NCBI GenBank assembly: GCA_016839365.1
Contig: JAEOUH010000047.1
Location: forward strand, 1-64,000
Reading direction: 5' to 3'
Length of the DNA stretch: 64,000 bases
Origin: Candidatus Hermodarchaeota archaeon
GTDB taxonomy: Archaea > Asgardarchaeota > Hermodarchaeia > Hermodarchaeales > Hermodarchaeaceae
Positions 29,465-40,161 of this stretch are shown in pieces. Below the pieces are notes generated by a model, which was given only the letters and a program-made list of their open reading frames with translations, was not told the DNA's origin and did not search any database. The translations under genes and the position numbers were made by a program. The first letter of the stretch is position 1. Every line of letters begins with the position of its first letter.

Positions 29465-31129
29465 TTACATCATACCGGGCATTCCGCCCATACCGCCCAT
29501 GCCACCCATACCAGGAGGCATCCCACCGGGTCCACCAGGGGGACCAGCACTCCGCTTAGATGCAATGACATCATCAATTCGTAGAATTAGTGATGCGGCT
29601 TCAGCAGCTGATCGAATGGCATGTGTTTTCACACGAAGTGGTTCGAGTACACCGGCTTTGAACATATCTTTGGCTTTCCCTGTCATGATATCGATACCCA
29701 TGTTTTTGTTGTTACTTCCGTGTGCAGCACGAAGTGCAACAATGACATCAATGGGATCATGACCTGCATTTTCAGCAAGGGATTTGGGGATTATCTCCAT
29801 CGCATCAGCGAATTTGTTGACGGCAATTTGTTCCCGGCCCTTGAGAGACGAAGCGTATTCTCGGAGTTGGGTTGAGACTTCCACTTCTGGGGCTCCACCA
29901 CCGGCAACGACTTTGCCATCTTCAACGGCATCGCGAACGACAGAGACAGCGTCATGAAATGCGCGTTCAGCCTCATCAACAACACGTTCTGTGCCGCCAC
30001 GAATGAGGACGCTCACTGTTTTAGGATCTTTACACCCTTCAACAAAGACCATTTTGTCATCACCGACCTTCCGTTCTTCGACGATATCACAGCGGCCAAG
30101 GTCATTGGACGTGAGATGATCGATGGATGATACAACTTGTCCTCCCGTTGCACGGGCAAGTGCTTCCATGTCACTTTTCTTAACACGACGAACGGCAAGA
30201 ATGCCATCTTTAGCGAGATAGTGTTGAACTTTGTCATCGATGCCTTTCTGGGCAAAGACCACATTGGCACCAACTTCAATCACCTTTTCTGAGATCTTTT
30301 TCAGCATTCGTTGCTCTTCGTTCAGAAAGGATTGCATTTGTTCGGGGTTGGTGATTCGAATTTCAGCATCCATCTCCGTTTTCTCAACTTCCATGGAGGC
30401 GTTGAGCAGCGCGATTTTCGCTTTGTGTACACTACGCGGCATTTCAGAATGCACTATTTCTTTGTCGATAATGACTCCGCGAACTAATTGAGTGTCGCGA
30501 ACTGATCCGCCTTCCTTCTTTTCGACTTTAATGTTATCAATGTCGGCCACAATTCCATCAGGTGTTTTTTCGGTTATTTGTAGCACGGCATCAACCGCAA
30601 TGGGAGATAGGAAGTCTTTAGCTTCGGCAATCAGCTTGCTAGCTATAGAGGTGTCGCTGACTTTCAAAAGTTTTGCACGGTCATCAATAGGGCAGTCAAT
30701 AGCCATGTTGTTGAGAATTTCACTAGCCTTGTCTACGGCTTTTCGATAACCTGAGATAATGACAGTTGGATGGACGCCTGATGTGATTAGTCCCAGTGCT
30801 TGTTTGAGATATTCACCGCACAGGACCACTGCTGAGGTGGTGCCATCACCCGTCTCAGAGTCTTGGGCTTTGGCTACTTGAACAAGCATCTTGGCAGCAG
30901 GATGCTGAACTTCAATCTCATCAAGGATAGTCGCACCATCATTTGTGATGGTGACATCACCAAGGCTATCCACCAGCATTTTATCTTGACCACGCGGACC
31001 CAGAGACGTGCGTACTGCATCAGCAAGTGCTCGTACTGCCATAATATTATTTTCGCGAGCGTCACGACCTCGGGCGCGTTCAGTTCCTTCTTTGAGTATT
31101 AATACCGGCACACCTTGCATTTGTGCCAT
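29465..31129 (-). CDS. Thermosome subunit (group II chaperonin)
   Basis: [19 protein letters not shown]-rich C-terminal tail. Confidence 0.95.
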   Translation of the reverse strand: MAQMQGVPVLILKEGTERARGRDARENNIMAVRALADAVRTSLGPRGQDKMLVDSLGDVTITNDGATILDEIEVQHPAAKMLVQVAKAQDSETGDGTTSAVVLCGEYLKQALGLITSGVHPTVIISGYRKAVDKASEILNNMAIDCPIDDRAKLLKVSDTSIASKLIAEAKDFLSPIAVDAVLQITEKTPDGIVADIDNIKVEKKEGGSVRDTQLVRGVIIDKEIVHSEMPRSVHKAKIALLNASMEVEKTEMDAEIRITNPEQMQSFLNEEQRMLKKISEKVIEVGANVVFAQKGIDDKVQHYLAKDGILAVRRVKKSDMEALARATGGQVVSSIDHLTSNDLGRCDIVEERKVGDDKMVFVEGCKDPKTVSVLIRGGTERVVDEAERAFHDAVSVVRDAVEDGKVVAGGGAPEVEVSTQLREYASSLKGREQIAVNKFADAMEIIPKSLAENAGHDPIDVIVALRAAHGSNNKNMGIDIMTGKAKDMFKAGVLEPLRVKTHAIRSAAEAASLILRIDDVIASKRSAGPPGGPGGMPPGMGGMGGMGGMPGMM

Positions 31130-31248
31130 GATAGTGTTCCTCCTTCATATTTAGTGGTTTTTTAAATAGGATGAACTTGGTCGGCAATCTTTGCACTGAC
31201 ATAAAAAGATTACGCCGTTTCTGGTTGCGCTGCTGATTGAGAAAGAAC

Positions 31249-31848
31249 CTACATTTCTGTTAGGGGAGTGTAATCCCAACGTGTAAAGATTGTCTTCAAG
31301 AGCCGTACAATGCCACGAGAGAGGAAGATCGTCTCCATGAGAAACGCCATGAAGAGAATCTCGATCCAAGCCTTCCCCACTATGCCTAGTGCGATGATGA
31401 GGACGAACTCAGCAGGAATGGGTGTCATAACTGGAACGATGAACAAGAAAAGCCAGATAGTGAAGAGGCACTCGGGTACATATCCGAGGACTACAGAAAG
31501 GAAAGGCCGTTTCAGGGTTCGCTGTACAAACCCACTTGTGAAACCTGCCATGGCTTTTCCTGCTGGAAGGCCGATGAGCCCCACTATGCCTAAAGAACCC
31601 CAGATATAGCCAAAGGCAATTCCTGGGTAAATCCCCACAATTGCACCGGTTATTGCGCCTAAGATTGCTCCACCCGGTATTGCTACCATGAAGGTTCCAA
31701 GGTGACTTAGATCCAGAGAGATTTGGGTAGCACCAAGTTGAACTGTGTTGATTGTAAGAATCGATACAGCTGTGCCTAATGCGGCCATCACAGCAACATA
31801 AACGATGATTTTCGTGCTAAAGCGCCGTTTTACGTTCTCGTCCGACAA
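31249..31848 (-). CDS. ECF transporter S component
   Basis: About 200 aa with 5-6 TM helices; AVMAAL, GAITGAIVG pattern. Confidence 0.65.
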   Translation of the reverse strand: MSDENVKRRFSTKIIVYVAVMAALGTAVSILTINTVQLGATQISLDLSHLGTFMVAIPGGAILGAITGAIVGIYPGIAFGYIWGSLGIVGLIGLPAGKAMAGFTSGFVQRTLKRPFLSVVLGYVPECLFTIWLFLFIVPVMTPIPAEFVLIIALGIVGKAWIEILFMAFLMETIFLSRGIVRLLKTIFTRWDYTPLTEM

Positions 31849-31988
31849 AGTGGAACCTCCTTCGGAGTTGGCGCATTGAAGGTTCCTCATATATAAGAGT
31901 AGCTACTCGTTATTGAGTTGAAGCCTATCATAGTTGTGGAGAAAGTTATTTCTGAGTCGGGTCAACGAACAGTGGTGAGGTTTGTTCA

Positions 31989-33398
31989 GTGTCGAAGTTC
32001 CGCCATTCCTTCCTGCCCACGGTGGGTGTACAAGAAAAAGAGATGCTTACTACCCTTGGCATCAAAGATATCGATGAATTGTTCAGTGACATTCCTTCAA
32101 AATTTCTGTTAAAAAAGCGCTTGAAGATTCCAAATGGTCTATCCGAAAGTGAAGTTTGTGAGAGGGTTTCTCGTTCGCTTGCGCAAAACTGGATTCCTAG
32201 AAAAGGAATGAGTTTCTTAGGAGGCGGCGTTTGGCCACATATTATCCCTGAAGCGATCAAAAGTATCGTCAATCGCACGGAATTTCTAACAGCATACACG
32301 CCCTATCAGGCAGAAATTAGTCAGGGCATGTTGCAGGCGCTATTTGAGTATCAGAGTCTGATGGCGGAGTTAATTGAACTCCCAATTGTTAACGCCTCGA
32401 TGTACGATTGGGCAAGTGCGTTGGGAGAAGCAGCCCTTTTAACCAGTCGGATTACTACCCGAGATTCTTTTTTAATTCCTCACCTCATTTCACCGGGTCG
32501 CCGAGCAGTTTTGCACACCTATACCCAGCCTGCAGGGGTCAAGGTTGTTGATATTGGTTATAATCGCCGTACGGGACAATTGAATGTTGAGCACCTAAAA
32601 GAGCTGCTCGATACGAACACTGCAGGTGTCTATTTCGAAAACCCAGGATATATGGGAGTTCTCCAAGATGATGTCGACGCTATTGTGGATATTGGGCATG
32701 ATGCTGGGGCACTTGTTGTTGTAGGTATCGATCCTATTTCCCTTGGAGTAATTCGGCCTCCCGGAGATTATGATGCTGATATTGTCATAGGTGAGGGGCA
32801 ACCCTTGGGTAGTCCAATGAATATGGGTGGACCACTCCTAGGGATTTTTGCCAGTAAAGATGAAAGAAAAATCTTACGTCAGTTGCCTGGTCGAATCATT
32901 GGTTTGACATCAACACAAGAAGGGGATGAAAGGGGTTTTGTAATGACGATTCAGGCCCGAGAGCAGCATATTCGTCGGGAGAAAGCAACATCGAACATTT
33001 GCTCAAATCAGGCTCACTCAGCAATCACCGCCGCAGTGTACTTGTCTCTATTAGGACCCCAAGGCATAACCGAGTTGGGAGAGAAAATCCTCCAACTACG
33101 CCACTATGCGGAAGAGCAACTTCATGCTGTCGATGGACTCAAAGCCCCCTTATTCGAAGCCCCCCATTTCAAAGAATTTGGCGTTTCAATAGAGAAGGGA
33201 CAAGAATCAACACCACCAACGATACGAGATGTACTTGCCAGAATCCAGGAATGTGGAATTTTAGCAGGCATTCCATTGGATCAGAGTTTCCCTGAACTAG
33301 GGGAAGCTGCACTTGTCTGTGTTACAGAAACCCATACACAAGAGGAGATAGACCAACTTTCGGTAGCATTTCAACAGGCTTTGGAGGGTAAACCATGA
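31989..33398 (+). CDS. gcvPA: Glycine dehydrogenase (decarboxylating) subunit 1
   Basis: TAYTPYQAEISQG, NASMYD, REQHIRREKATSNICSNQ. Confidence 0.95.
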   Translation: MSKFRHSFLPTVGVQEKEMLTTLGIKDIDELFSDIPSKFLLKKRLKIPNGLSESEVCERVSRSLAQNWIPRKGMSFLGGGVWPHIIPEAIKSIVNRTEFLTAYTPYQAEISQGMLQALFEYQSLMAELIELPIVNASMYDWASALGEAALLTSRITTRDSFLIPHLISPGRRAVLHTYTQPAGVKVVDIGYNRRTGQLNVEHLKELLDTNTAGVYFENPGYMGVLQDDVDAIVDIGHDAGALVVVGIDPISLGVIRPPGDYDADIVIGEGQPLGSPMNMGGPLLGIFASKDERKILRQLPGRIIGLTSTQEGDERGFVMTIQAREQHIRREKATSNICSNQAHSAITAAVYLSLLGPQGITELGEKILQLRHYAEEQLHAVDGLKAPLFEAPHFKEFGVSIEKGQESTPPTIRDVLARIQECGILAGIPLDQSFPELGEAALVCVTETHTQEEIDQLSVAFQQALEGKP

Positions 33399-34924
33399 AG
33401 TTTCGCCAAGCAAAATGGAATGAGCCTTTGATTTTTGAACGATCTCGAGTAGGGGCGATAGGCTATTCCCTACCCGACCCTAGCAAGACCATAAAAAAAC
33501 TGCTGCCTAATCCACTTTCAACCATTCCCAAGAACCTCCGCCGCAAAGTACAACCTTCTTTGCCTGAATTATCAGAACCAGAAGTAGTTCAACACTTCAC
33601 CCGTTTATCTCAGATGAACTACAGCATCGATTTGGGTCTTTACCCATTGGGTAGCTGCACGATGAAGTATAATCCACCCATGAATGAGGAGATTATAAAG
33701 GACCCTAATTTTGCTCAGGCTCACCCCCACCAAGATTGTACAACCCTTCAGGGTATTCTCAAAATCCTTTTCGAGTTACAGCAGTGGCTTTCAGAAATAA
33801 CTGGAATGGATCAGCATTCGCTCCAGCCGGCAGCGGGTGCGCAGGGAGAACTGGCCGGTGTTCTTATCATCCGTGCCTTTCATGTAGATCAGGGCGAACT
33901 AGAGATCCGACGACAAATTATTGTTCCCGATTCTGCCCATGGTACCAATCCTGCAAGTGCCGCGATGGCAGGATTTGATGTTGTCGTAGTCCCATCAAAC
34001 AAACTCGGTCAAATTGATATCCAAGCCCTAGAAAGTGCCGTTTCGAATCAAACCGCAGGTCTAATGTTGACGAACCCGAATACTTTGGGCCTGTTTGAAC
34101 AAGAAATCGAAACCATCGCTTCCATCGTTCACAAGGCAGGGGGCTTGCTCTATTACGATGGCGCGAACTTAAACGCAAATTTGGGTCGTGTTCGACCAGG
34201 GGATATGGGTTTTGATATAATCCACACAAATTTGCACAAAACATTCGCAACGCCACACGGGGGGGGAGGACCAGGTGCAGGACCTGTCGGCGTGAAGCAA
34301 CGACTCGCAGAGTACCTACCAGTGCCTGTGATTTCATTCGACGGGACACAGTATTACACAGATAATGCCCGGCCAAAATCGATTGGGCGCCTCCACGGAT
34401 TCCATGGTAATGCGGCTGTCTTGTTGAAATCCTATGCGTATATCATACGAATGGGGTGGGAAGGATTGCATGCAGTTTCGAATCATGCGGTTTTGAACGC
34501 AAACTACCTTATGAAAAAGATCGAGAGTATCAAGGGTTTCAGCATTCCCTTCGCTCCTGGTGTCTGGAGAAAACACGAGGTTGTGGTTAGTGCAAAACCC
34601 CTTGAACGAGATACGGGAGTAAACGCTCGAGACGTAGCAAAAGCTTTACTCGACAGGGGATTACATGCGCCTACTTTCTATTTTCCAGCCATTGTTGAGG
34701 AGGCATTAATGATCGAACCCACAGAGACCTTCAGTAAGGCAGAACTTGACAGATTTATTAAAGCACTAACAGAAATTGCAGAACAAGCCTACTCCGACCC
34801 CAACCTCGTTCGCCGTGCACCGCAGAACACGGCAATTACTCGACTCGATGAGGTTAAGGCAGCACATCCACGCACCATGACCCTATCTTGGCGGATGTTA
34901 CAACAACGCGATCAGGAAATCTAA
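33395..34924 (+). CDS. gcvPB: Glycine dehydrogenase (decarboxylating) subunit 2
   Basis: PLGSCTMKYNP, SAHGTNPASA, NLHKTFATPHGGGGPG. Confidence 0.95.
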   Translation: MKFRQAKWNEPLIFERSRVGAIGYSLPDPSKTIKKLLPNPLSTIPKNLRRKVQPSLPELSEPEVVQHFTRLSQMNYSIDLGLYPLGSCTMKYNPPMNEEIIKDPNFAQAHPHQDCTTLQGILKILFELQQWLSEITGMDQHSLQPAAGAQGELAGVLIIRAFHVDQGELEIRRQIIVPDSAHGTNPASAAMAGFDVVVVPSNKLGQIDIQALESAVSNQTAGLMLTNPNTLGLFEQEIETIASIVHKAGGLLYYDGANLNANLGRVRPGDMGFDIIHTNLHKTFATPHGGGGPGAGPVGVKQRLAEYLPVPVISFDGTQYYTDNARPKSIGRLHGFHGNAAVLLKSYAYIIRMGWEGLHAVSNHAVLNANYLMKKIESIKGFSIPFAPGVWRKHEVVVSAKPLERDTGVNARDVAKALLDRGLHAPTFYFPAIVEEALMIEPTETFSKAELDRFIKALTEIAEQAYSDPNLVRRAPQNTAITRLDEVKAAHPRTMTLSWRMLQQRDQEI

Positions 34925-34966
34925 CTTAGACTAATTGAAATGCAAGCTTATTCACTCGTATGGTTT

Positions 34967-35698
34967 CTATCCACGCTTCTTTAGGCCTGACCGCTTGGGT
35001 GCAATGAGCCCAACTTTCCGGCCTGGAGGAGCAGTACGCGCAACTGAGCTTGGGCCCCCGGGCCTTTGCTTGTTACCACCACCGTGTGGGTGGCTGGCTG
35101 CATTCATTGCAACACCCCTGACCTTCGGATATGTTAAACCTTTAGCGTAACGCTGTTTGTGTTTGCTTCCGGCTTTCAGAAACGGTTTCTCAGGTCGTCC
35201 ACCACCGGATACAACGCCAATTGTAGCCCGTGCTGTGGAGCTGAAGGTTCGAGTCTTTCCAGATGGTAAGCGAATCGAGGTGCTTCCTCCAGAATGTGTG
35301 ATTATGGTGGCATAGGTGCCACTAGATCGAACGAATTTTCCCCCGTCACCAGGTTGACTTTCGATATTGAAGACAGGTGTACCTTCTGGGATTTTTCCAA
35401 TAGGTAGAATATGCCCTGCACGAATGCCGGCCTTGGGACCTATTCGTATTTGCTCTCCAACAGCGGTTCCTTCTGGTACAAGGGAAAGATGAGTTTCACC
35501 ATTTTCATATCGAAGTGTGGCGATGGGAGCTCCACGACCGGGATCATGCATTAGTTCTTCAACATCGGCTTGAAGATAACCACGCTTGTCCATCAAAGCC
35601 AGTGGAGGATACTTGACCGCCCCGCGTCGACGGTGCGTTTTTGCACGAAATGTCGGTGATCCGCGCCCGCGACGTTGTACATAGATTCGTTTACCCAT
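34967..35698 (-). CDS. rpl2: 50S ribosomal protein L2
   Basis: MGKRIYVQRRGRG, HDPGRGAP, VRGVAMN, HPHGGG. Confidence 0.97.
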   Translation of the reverse strand: MGKRIYVQRRGRGSPTFRAKTHRRRGAVKYPPLALMDKRGYLQADVEELMHDPGRGAPIATLRYENGETHLSLVPEGTAVGEQIRIGPKAGIRAGHILPIGKIPEGTPVFNIESQPGDGGKFVRSSGTYATIITHSGGSTSIRLPSGKTRTFSSTARATIGVVSGGGRPEKPFLKAGSKHKQRYAKGLTYPKVRGVAMNAASHPHGGGNKQRPGGPSSVARTAPPGRKVGLIAPKRSGLKKRG

Positions 35699-35714
35699 TC
35701 TTATCTACCTCTGA

Positions 35715-35975
35715 TTAGAATAATCCTAGTTTGACTGCTAAGTCAGCTGCATTGTATTCAGGGGCAAGTTTTACGAGAGCCTTCTTTGTACCCTCGGGAG
35801 TAATCATAGTGTTAACCTTGATAACCTTCACTTCATAGAGTAGTTCAATGGCTTCACGAATTTGTCCCTTTGTGGCTTTTCGGTTCACCATGAAGGTGAG
35901 ACGGTTTTCTTTTTCGACAATCTCTGAAGCCCGCTCAGTAATCATCATCCGGATTATCACATCATAAGGATCCAT
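35715..35975 (-). CDS. rpl23: 50S ribosomal protein L23
   Basis: TERA..EKENRLTF, KVNT, KKALVKL; operon order. Confidence 0.95.
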   Translation of the reverse strand: MDPYDVIIRMMITERASEIVEKENRLTFMVNRKATKGQIREAIELLYEVKVIKVNTMITPEGTKKALVKLAPEYNAADLAVKLGLF

Positions 35976-36766
35976 TACTGATCACCCTCGGCTGGTTGTT
36001 CCGCAAGAGCTTCAATTGCTGATTTCGTCCAGATTGTCAAGCGTCCTGGTTGTGTTCCCGGCGCTAAAACCTCGGCGTTAAGCTTTGAAGCATAGATAAC
36101 CCTAACCCCTGGAATATTTCGTGCAGCCTGACGTATTCCCCCGTCCTGGGTGATGACAATCAATGGACCCACCGGTCTTCGGTACTTTCGACCGCGGCGT
36201 CGGGCGTTTCCTGCCCGGATCTTTCGCCCGTTTTTCACTCGGATAATATCGCTCCAAACACCGAGATTTTCCAAGACATCTTTGACTTCCTCTGTTGTTT
36301 GCAACTCTTGGAACTTATCAATGATGACCAGTGGAAATTGGTCAGCTTCAAAGACATGACCACGTAATGACACAAGTTCCGGATTAGTTGTTGCAGCAAT
36401 GGCTGAACGAATGGCTAACCGACGTTCTTTTTTGTTAATCCGTTCTACAGGATTCTTTGCGGCCTCTGGAGGATGGGTTTTCCGCCCACTAACTGTGAAT
36501 GGAGCAAAAGCAGCATTTGAAGCAGTGGGGTAACCCTGTCCCTTTCTACGGGGTACCCTTGCTTTACCTTGTCCTGTTCCCCAAGATTCTGCGGAGGTCC
36601 GTTTGCCAGCGAGGGGATCGACGCCTTGCCTTTGATACCGAGCGGATTGCTGGGCAAGGACGGCGCGCTTGATGACATCTTTTCGAAGTGGAGTGTCAAA
36701 TACTGGAGGAAGGGCGACTGTTCCCCGCGATTTTCCTTCTAATGTATGAATCTTAACTGAAGCCAT
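35975..36766 (-). CDS. rpl4: 50S ribosomal protein L4
   Basis: SAESWGTG, INKKERRLAIRSAIAAT, LAPGTQPGRL. Confidence 0.96.
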   Translation of the reverse strand: MASVKIHTLEGKSRGTVALPPVFDTPLRKDVIKRAVLAQQSARYQRQGVDPLAGKRTSAESWGTGQGKARVPRRKGQGYPTASNAAFAPFTVSGRKTHPPEAAKNPVERINKKERRLAIRSAIAATTNPELVSLRGHVFEADQFPLVIIDKFQELQTTEEVKDVLENLGVWSDIIRVKNGRKIRAGNARRRGRKYRRPVGPLIVITQDGGIRQAARNIPGVRVIYASKLNAEVLAPGTQPGRLTIWTKSAIEALAEQPAEGDQ

Positions 36767-36779
36767 GATGAATCCTCCA

Positions 36780-37781
36780 TTATTTCTTCGCGGTTGTACT
36801 GATATATACGATTTCAGGGGGTTTATCTGGAATCGGTTTTGACCGACTCGGTACTCGGAGACGAATCAATCTTCGAGATGGTCCAGGTAGGGATCCGTCG
36901 ATTAGAAGGAAATCGGATAGAAGGTTACCATAATGTGGAAACCCACCGGATGGCGTAATATCATCACTCTTTTCGCCGATTCGTAATAATCGCTTATTAT
37001 ATTCGGTTCGTTGATGAAGCCCCATTTGACCCGCTCGGGGTACTGTGTACATAATTCGGCTCGGATGCCATGGACCTAGGGTACCAACTGCGCGAACTGC
37101 TTTACGTGATTTGTGTGGCAGTTTAGCAACGTTAAAGCGTTTAACCACGCCTTGGAATCCTTTTCCTTTCGTAACAGCAATGACATCGAGGAACTGACCC
37201 GGTTGGAAGATATCCCGTACGCGTATCTCTTTTCCGAGGAGGGGTTTTACGTAATCAAATTGGTCTTTGATTGAACCGCCATAGATGCCACATTCAATGA
37301 CCTCGGGTTTCTTCTTACCAATTCCTGCCTGCTTGGGCTGGGTCAAAAGAGAGACACGCAATTCTGTGATTTCATCTAAGGATTTGGATAGTTTATCCAT
37401 GGATGTTTTGCCTTCATAGTCTTTGGGCCAAGGTAATACGCGCCGTATATCACGTGGAAGTTTGTCCATCCAGGTTTCACTTAAAACCCGAAAACCACCG
37501 CCATTTTGACCGTAGCCCCGGATTGACGCAACAAGCATCGGTGGTGTATCGACAATTGTGACCGCGCGACTAACTTCTCGACCAAACCAGGGGCTGGTTG
37601 GTTTATTATCGATTAGAATCACATGTGTCATCCCCACTTTATATCCTGCAAAGCCAAGGATTTGGGGTTCCGCTGCCTGTTCGGGCCAATGGCGAACCCG
37701 TCCACTAACCCGACGCACACGCTTTCGGGGACGATGGGAAAGGCTACCATGTCTTGGGGCACTTTGTTTTCGATGACCCAT
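36780..37781 (-). CDS. rpl3: 50S ribosomal protein L3
   Basis: PRHGSL, GYKVGMTH, KGKGFQG, RAGQMG. Confidence 0.96.
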   Translation of the reverse strand: MGHRKQSAPRHGSLSHRPRKRVRRVSGRVRHWPEQAAEPQILGFAGYKVGMTHVILIDNKPTSPWFGREVSRAVTIVDTPPMLVASIRGYGQNGGGFRVLSETWMDKLPRDIRRVLPWPKDYEGKTSMDKLSKSLDEITELRVSLLTQPKQAGIGKKKPEVIECGIYGGSIKDQFDYVKPLLGKEIRVRDIFQPGQFLDVIAVTKGKGFQGVVKRFNVAKLPHKSRKAVRAVGTLGPWHPSRIMYTVPRAGQMGLHQRTEYNKRLLRIGEKSDDITPSGGFPHYGNLLSDFLLIDGSLPGPSRRLIRLRVPSRSKPIPDKPPEIVYISTTAKK

Positions 37782-38022
37782 GGATTCCACTTCTAAGGGA
37801 AGTAATCAGGGGAGGCAAGTTCTGTTACGAATAAGATGTTGCCTCCACCAGCTCAACGGCTCGGAAGCGGGTGGAGCGATTTAAGTCTTTCGTACTCCTA
37901 ACCCATCGAACCATTACACAAGTTCAAAAAAGATAGTAGGAGTTCCGGTTTCCATCCACCGCTATTTCTATAAACCACGACTTCTATCCTACTGGAAGGA
38001 AAACCAAGGAATTGTGCATAAA

Positions 38023-38134
38023 GCCGGGATAGCCAAGTGGTTACGGCGCGGGCCTTGAGAGATGCCATGAAGTGTCATCCAAGGTAGCCTGTGACCCTAC
38101 GGTCGCAAGGGTTCGAATCCCTTTCCCGGCGCCA
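38023..38134 (+). tRNA. tRNA-Ser(TGA) with canonical 37/38 intron (38060-38085, 26 nt)
   Basis: Cloverleaf with long variable arm and encoded CCA; BHB helix CTTG/CAAG, inner GATG/CATC. Confidence 0.92.
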
Positions 38135-38245
38135 TCCCACCCTATCATATTTGTCTCTTGCCCTTTTTGTTAGCGATGCAGCAAATCCGAATGTTAAAAA
38201 GTGAACAACCCTCTTGGTTTTCTGTGCTTCATCAGGTGATAATTC

Positions 38246-38668
38246 GTGGAATACGAATACTCCGACGAAATCACATCCGACCAGCTGTTCCACGCCTATG
38301 GAACGACCCTACCGGAGGTTTTCCGAAACGCAGGAAAAGCGTTGTTCGGTGTCATGTCTGATCTAGAGGAAGTCAAGCTCGAACACGAAATCGAAGTGAA
38401 AGCTGAAGGTATTGATGAGCAACACCTACTCTATGATTGGTTGTCAAACCTGTTACTAGAATTTGAAGTCGAAGGTGTGTTTTTCGCGGATTTCTCCATC
38501 AATTTAATCGAAGAAAGGCCAGGTGAAGGATTTCACTTAGTAAGTATAGCAAAAGGAAACAAGAAAATACCAGAACTTCGAACCCACGTTAAAGGGGTGA
38601 CGTTACACCGTTTCTCCCTTGAAAGAATTAATAACGGATACAGGGCTACCGTTGTAGTGGATGTTTAG
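38246..38668 (+). CDS. Archease
   Basis: ITSD..AYG..L.E.F.NA, LLYDWL, HVKGVT, VVDV; upstream of rtcB. Confidence 0.9.
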   Translation: MEYEYSDEITSDQLFHAYGTTLPEVFRNAGKALFGVMSDLEEVKLEHEIEVKAEGIDEQHLLYDWLSNLLLEFEVEGVFFADFSINLIEERPGEGFHLVSIAKGNKKIPELRTHVKGVTLHRFSLERINNGYRATVVVDV

Positions 38669-38697
38669 AATCACATATCATTAAGGGGTAATCAAGT

Positions 38698-40146
38698 ATG
38701 AAGGAAAAATTAAAGCAGCAAGACGAGTTTCGCTGGTGGCTTGACAAATCAGCGCGTCCTCGCATGAACGTCGGGGCAAAGATAATCGGTTCGAAAGAGA
38801 TCATCAATACCTTAGAGGACGCAGCTGTTGAGCAACTAACCAACGTAGCAACGCTTCCTGGTCCAATTGAACCGGTTCTGGCCATGCCTGACGCTCATTG
38901 GGGATATGGGCTTCCGATGGGAGCCGTTGGCGCTTTTGATGCTGAAGAGGGGATTATTTCCGCAGGGTGTACAGGTTTTGATATCAACTGTGGCGTCCGC
39001 CTCATTCGCACTAATCTTAGTGTTGAAGATGTCCAACCCAAGTTACAACAGCTAGTTGAGGAGCTATTTAATCGAGTTCCTGCGGGAGTCGGTTCTCAAG
39101 GTAAAATTCGATTAAGTGATAGTCAGTTTAGTGATGTTATTCGGTGGGGAGCTAAGTGGGCGATTGATAATGATCGGGGGGTACCAGCGGATTTAGCCCA
39201 TTGTGAGGAAGGAGGTTATATGGAGGGAGCCGCCATGCAGGCACCTCAAGTTAGTGAAAAGGCACGACGTCGCGGACGTCCACAACTTGGTACGCTTGGA
39301 GCAGGAAACCATTATCTAGAGGTTCAGAAGGTTGAGAAAATTTTTGATGAACCTGTTGCCAAAGTCTTTGGTCTGGAGAAAGGGCAAATAGTGGTGATGC
39401 TTCACTGTGGATCCCGTGGATTTGGCCATCAGATTGCAACCGATTATTTAGAGAGTATGGCTGTAGCAGTTAAGAAATATAACATATGGCTTCCAGATCA
39501 ACAACTCGTCTGTGCACCTGCAAACTCTCCTGAAGGGCAGGACTATTATGCTGCGATGAAGGCAGCAGTGAATTTTGCCTTTTGTAACAGACAGGTTATG
39601 ACCCATTGGATTCGACAAGGTTTTGAAGCGGTCTTTGGTCGAGATTGGGAATCGCTGGGGATGCACCTTGTTTATGACGTGACGCATAATATCTGCAAGT
39701 TCGAAACCCATGAGGTGAATGGATTGAAACGCGACATGTATTTGCATCGGAAAGGTGCGACGCGCGCGTTCGGGCCAGGCAACCCCAAAATCCCTGAAGA
39801 CTACCGATCAGTTGGTCAACCCGTCCTAATCGGTGGCTCAATGGGAACCGCATCCTATGTTCTAGTTGGCACAGAACAGGCAATGAAAGAAACCTTTGGA
39901 TCCACCTGTCATGGAGCAGGTCGAGCAATGTCTCGAAAAGCAGCGATTCGCAAGTATCATGGACGAGATATCAAAAACGCACTTGAAGCCAAAGGAAAAG
40001 TGGTTCGTTCCATGGGTACAAAGATACTAGCTGAAGAAGCGCCCAATGCCTACAAAGATGTCCATGTTGTTGTAGACTCAGTCCATGGCGCGGATATCTC
40101 ACGCAAGGTCGCAAGTCAGATACCATTGGGTGTTGTGAAAGGCTAG
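38698..40146 (+). CDS. rtcB: tRNA-splicing ligase RtcB
   Basis: MPDAHWGYG, GFDINCG, GTLGAGNHY, HRKGAT, HGAGR, EEAP.AYK. Confidence 0.96.
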   Translation: MKEKLKQQDEFRWWLDKSARPRMNVGAKIIGSKEIINTLEDAAVEQLTNVATLPGPIEPVLAMPDAHWGYGLPMGAVGAFDAEEGIISAGCTGFDINCGVRLIRTNLSVEDVQPKLQQLVEELFNRVPAGVGSQGKIRLSDSQFSDVIRWGAKWAIDNDRGVPADLAHCEEGGYMEGAAMQAPQVSEKARRRGRPQLGTLGAGNHYLEVQKVEKIFDEPVAKVFGLEKGQIVVMLHCGSRGFGHQIATDYLESMAVAVKKYNIWLPDQQLVCAPANSPEGQDYYAAMKAAVNFAFCNRQVMTHWIRQGFEAVFGRDWESLGMHLVYDVTHNICKFETHEVNGLKRDMYLHRKGATRAFGPGNPKIPEDYRSVGQPVLIGGSMGTASYVLVGTEQAMKETFGSTCHGAGRAMSRKAAIRKYHGRDIKNALEAKGKVVRSMGTKILAEEAPNAYKDVHVVVDSVHGADISRKVASQIPLGVVKG

Positions 40147-40161
40147 GTTTGGTATTCAAGA

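Noticed and set aside
29465-29550. Short tandem GGM-coding repeats
   Set aside because: Ordinary chaperonin C-terminal tail, not a DNA repeat element.
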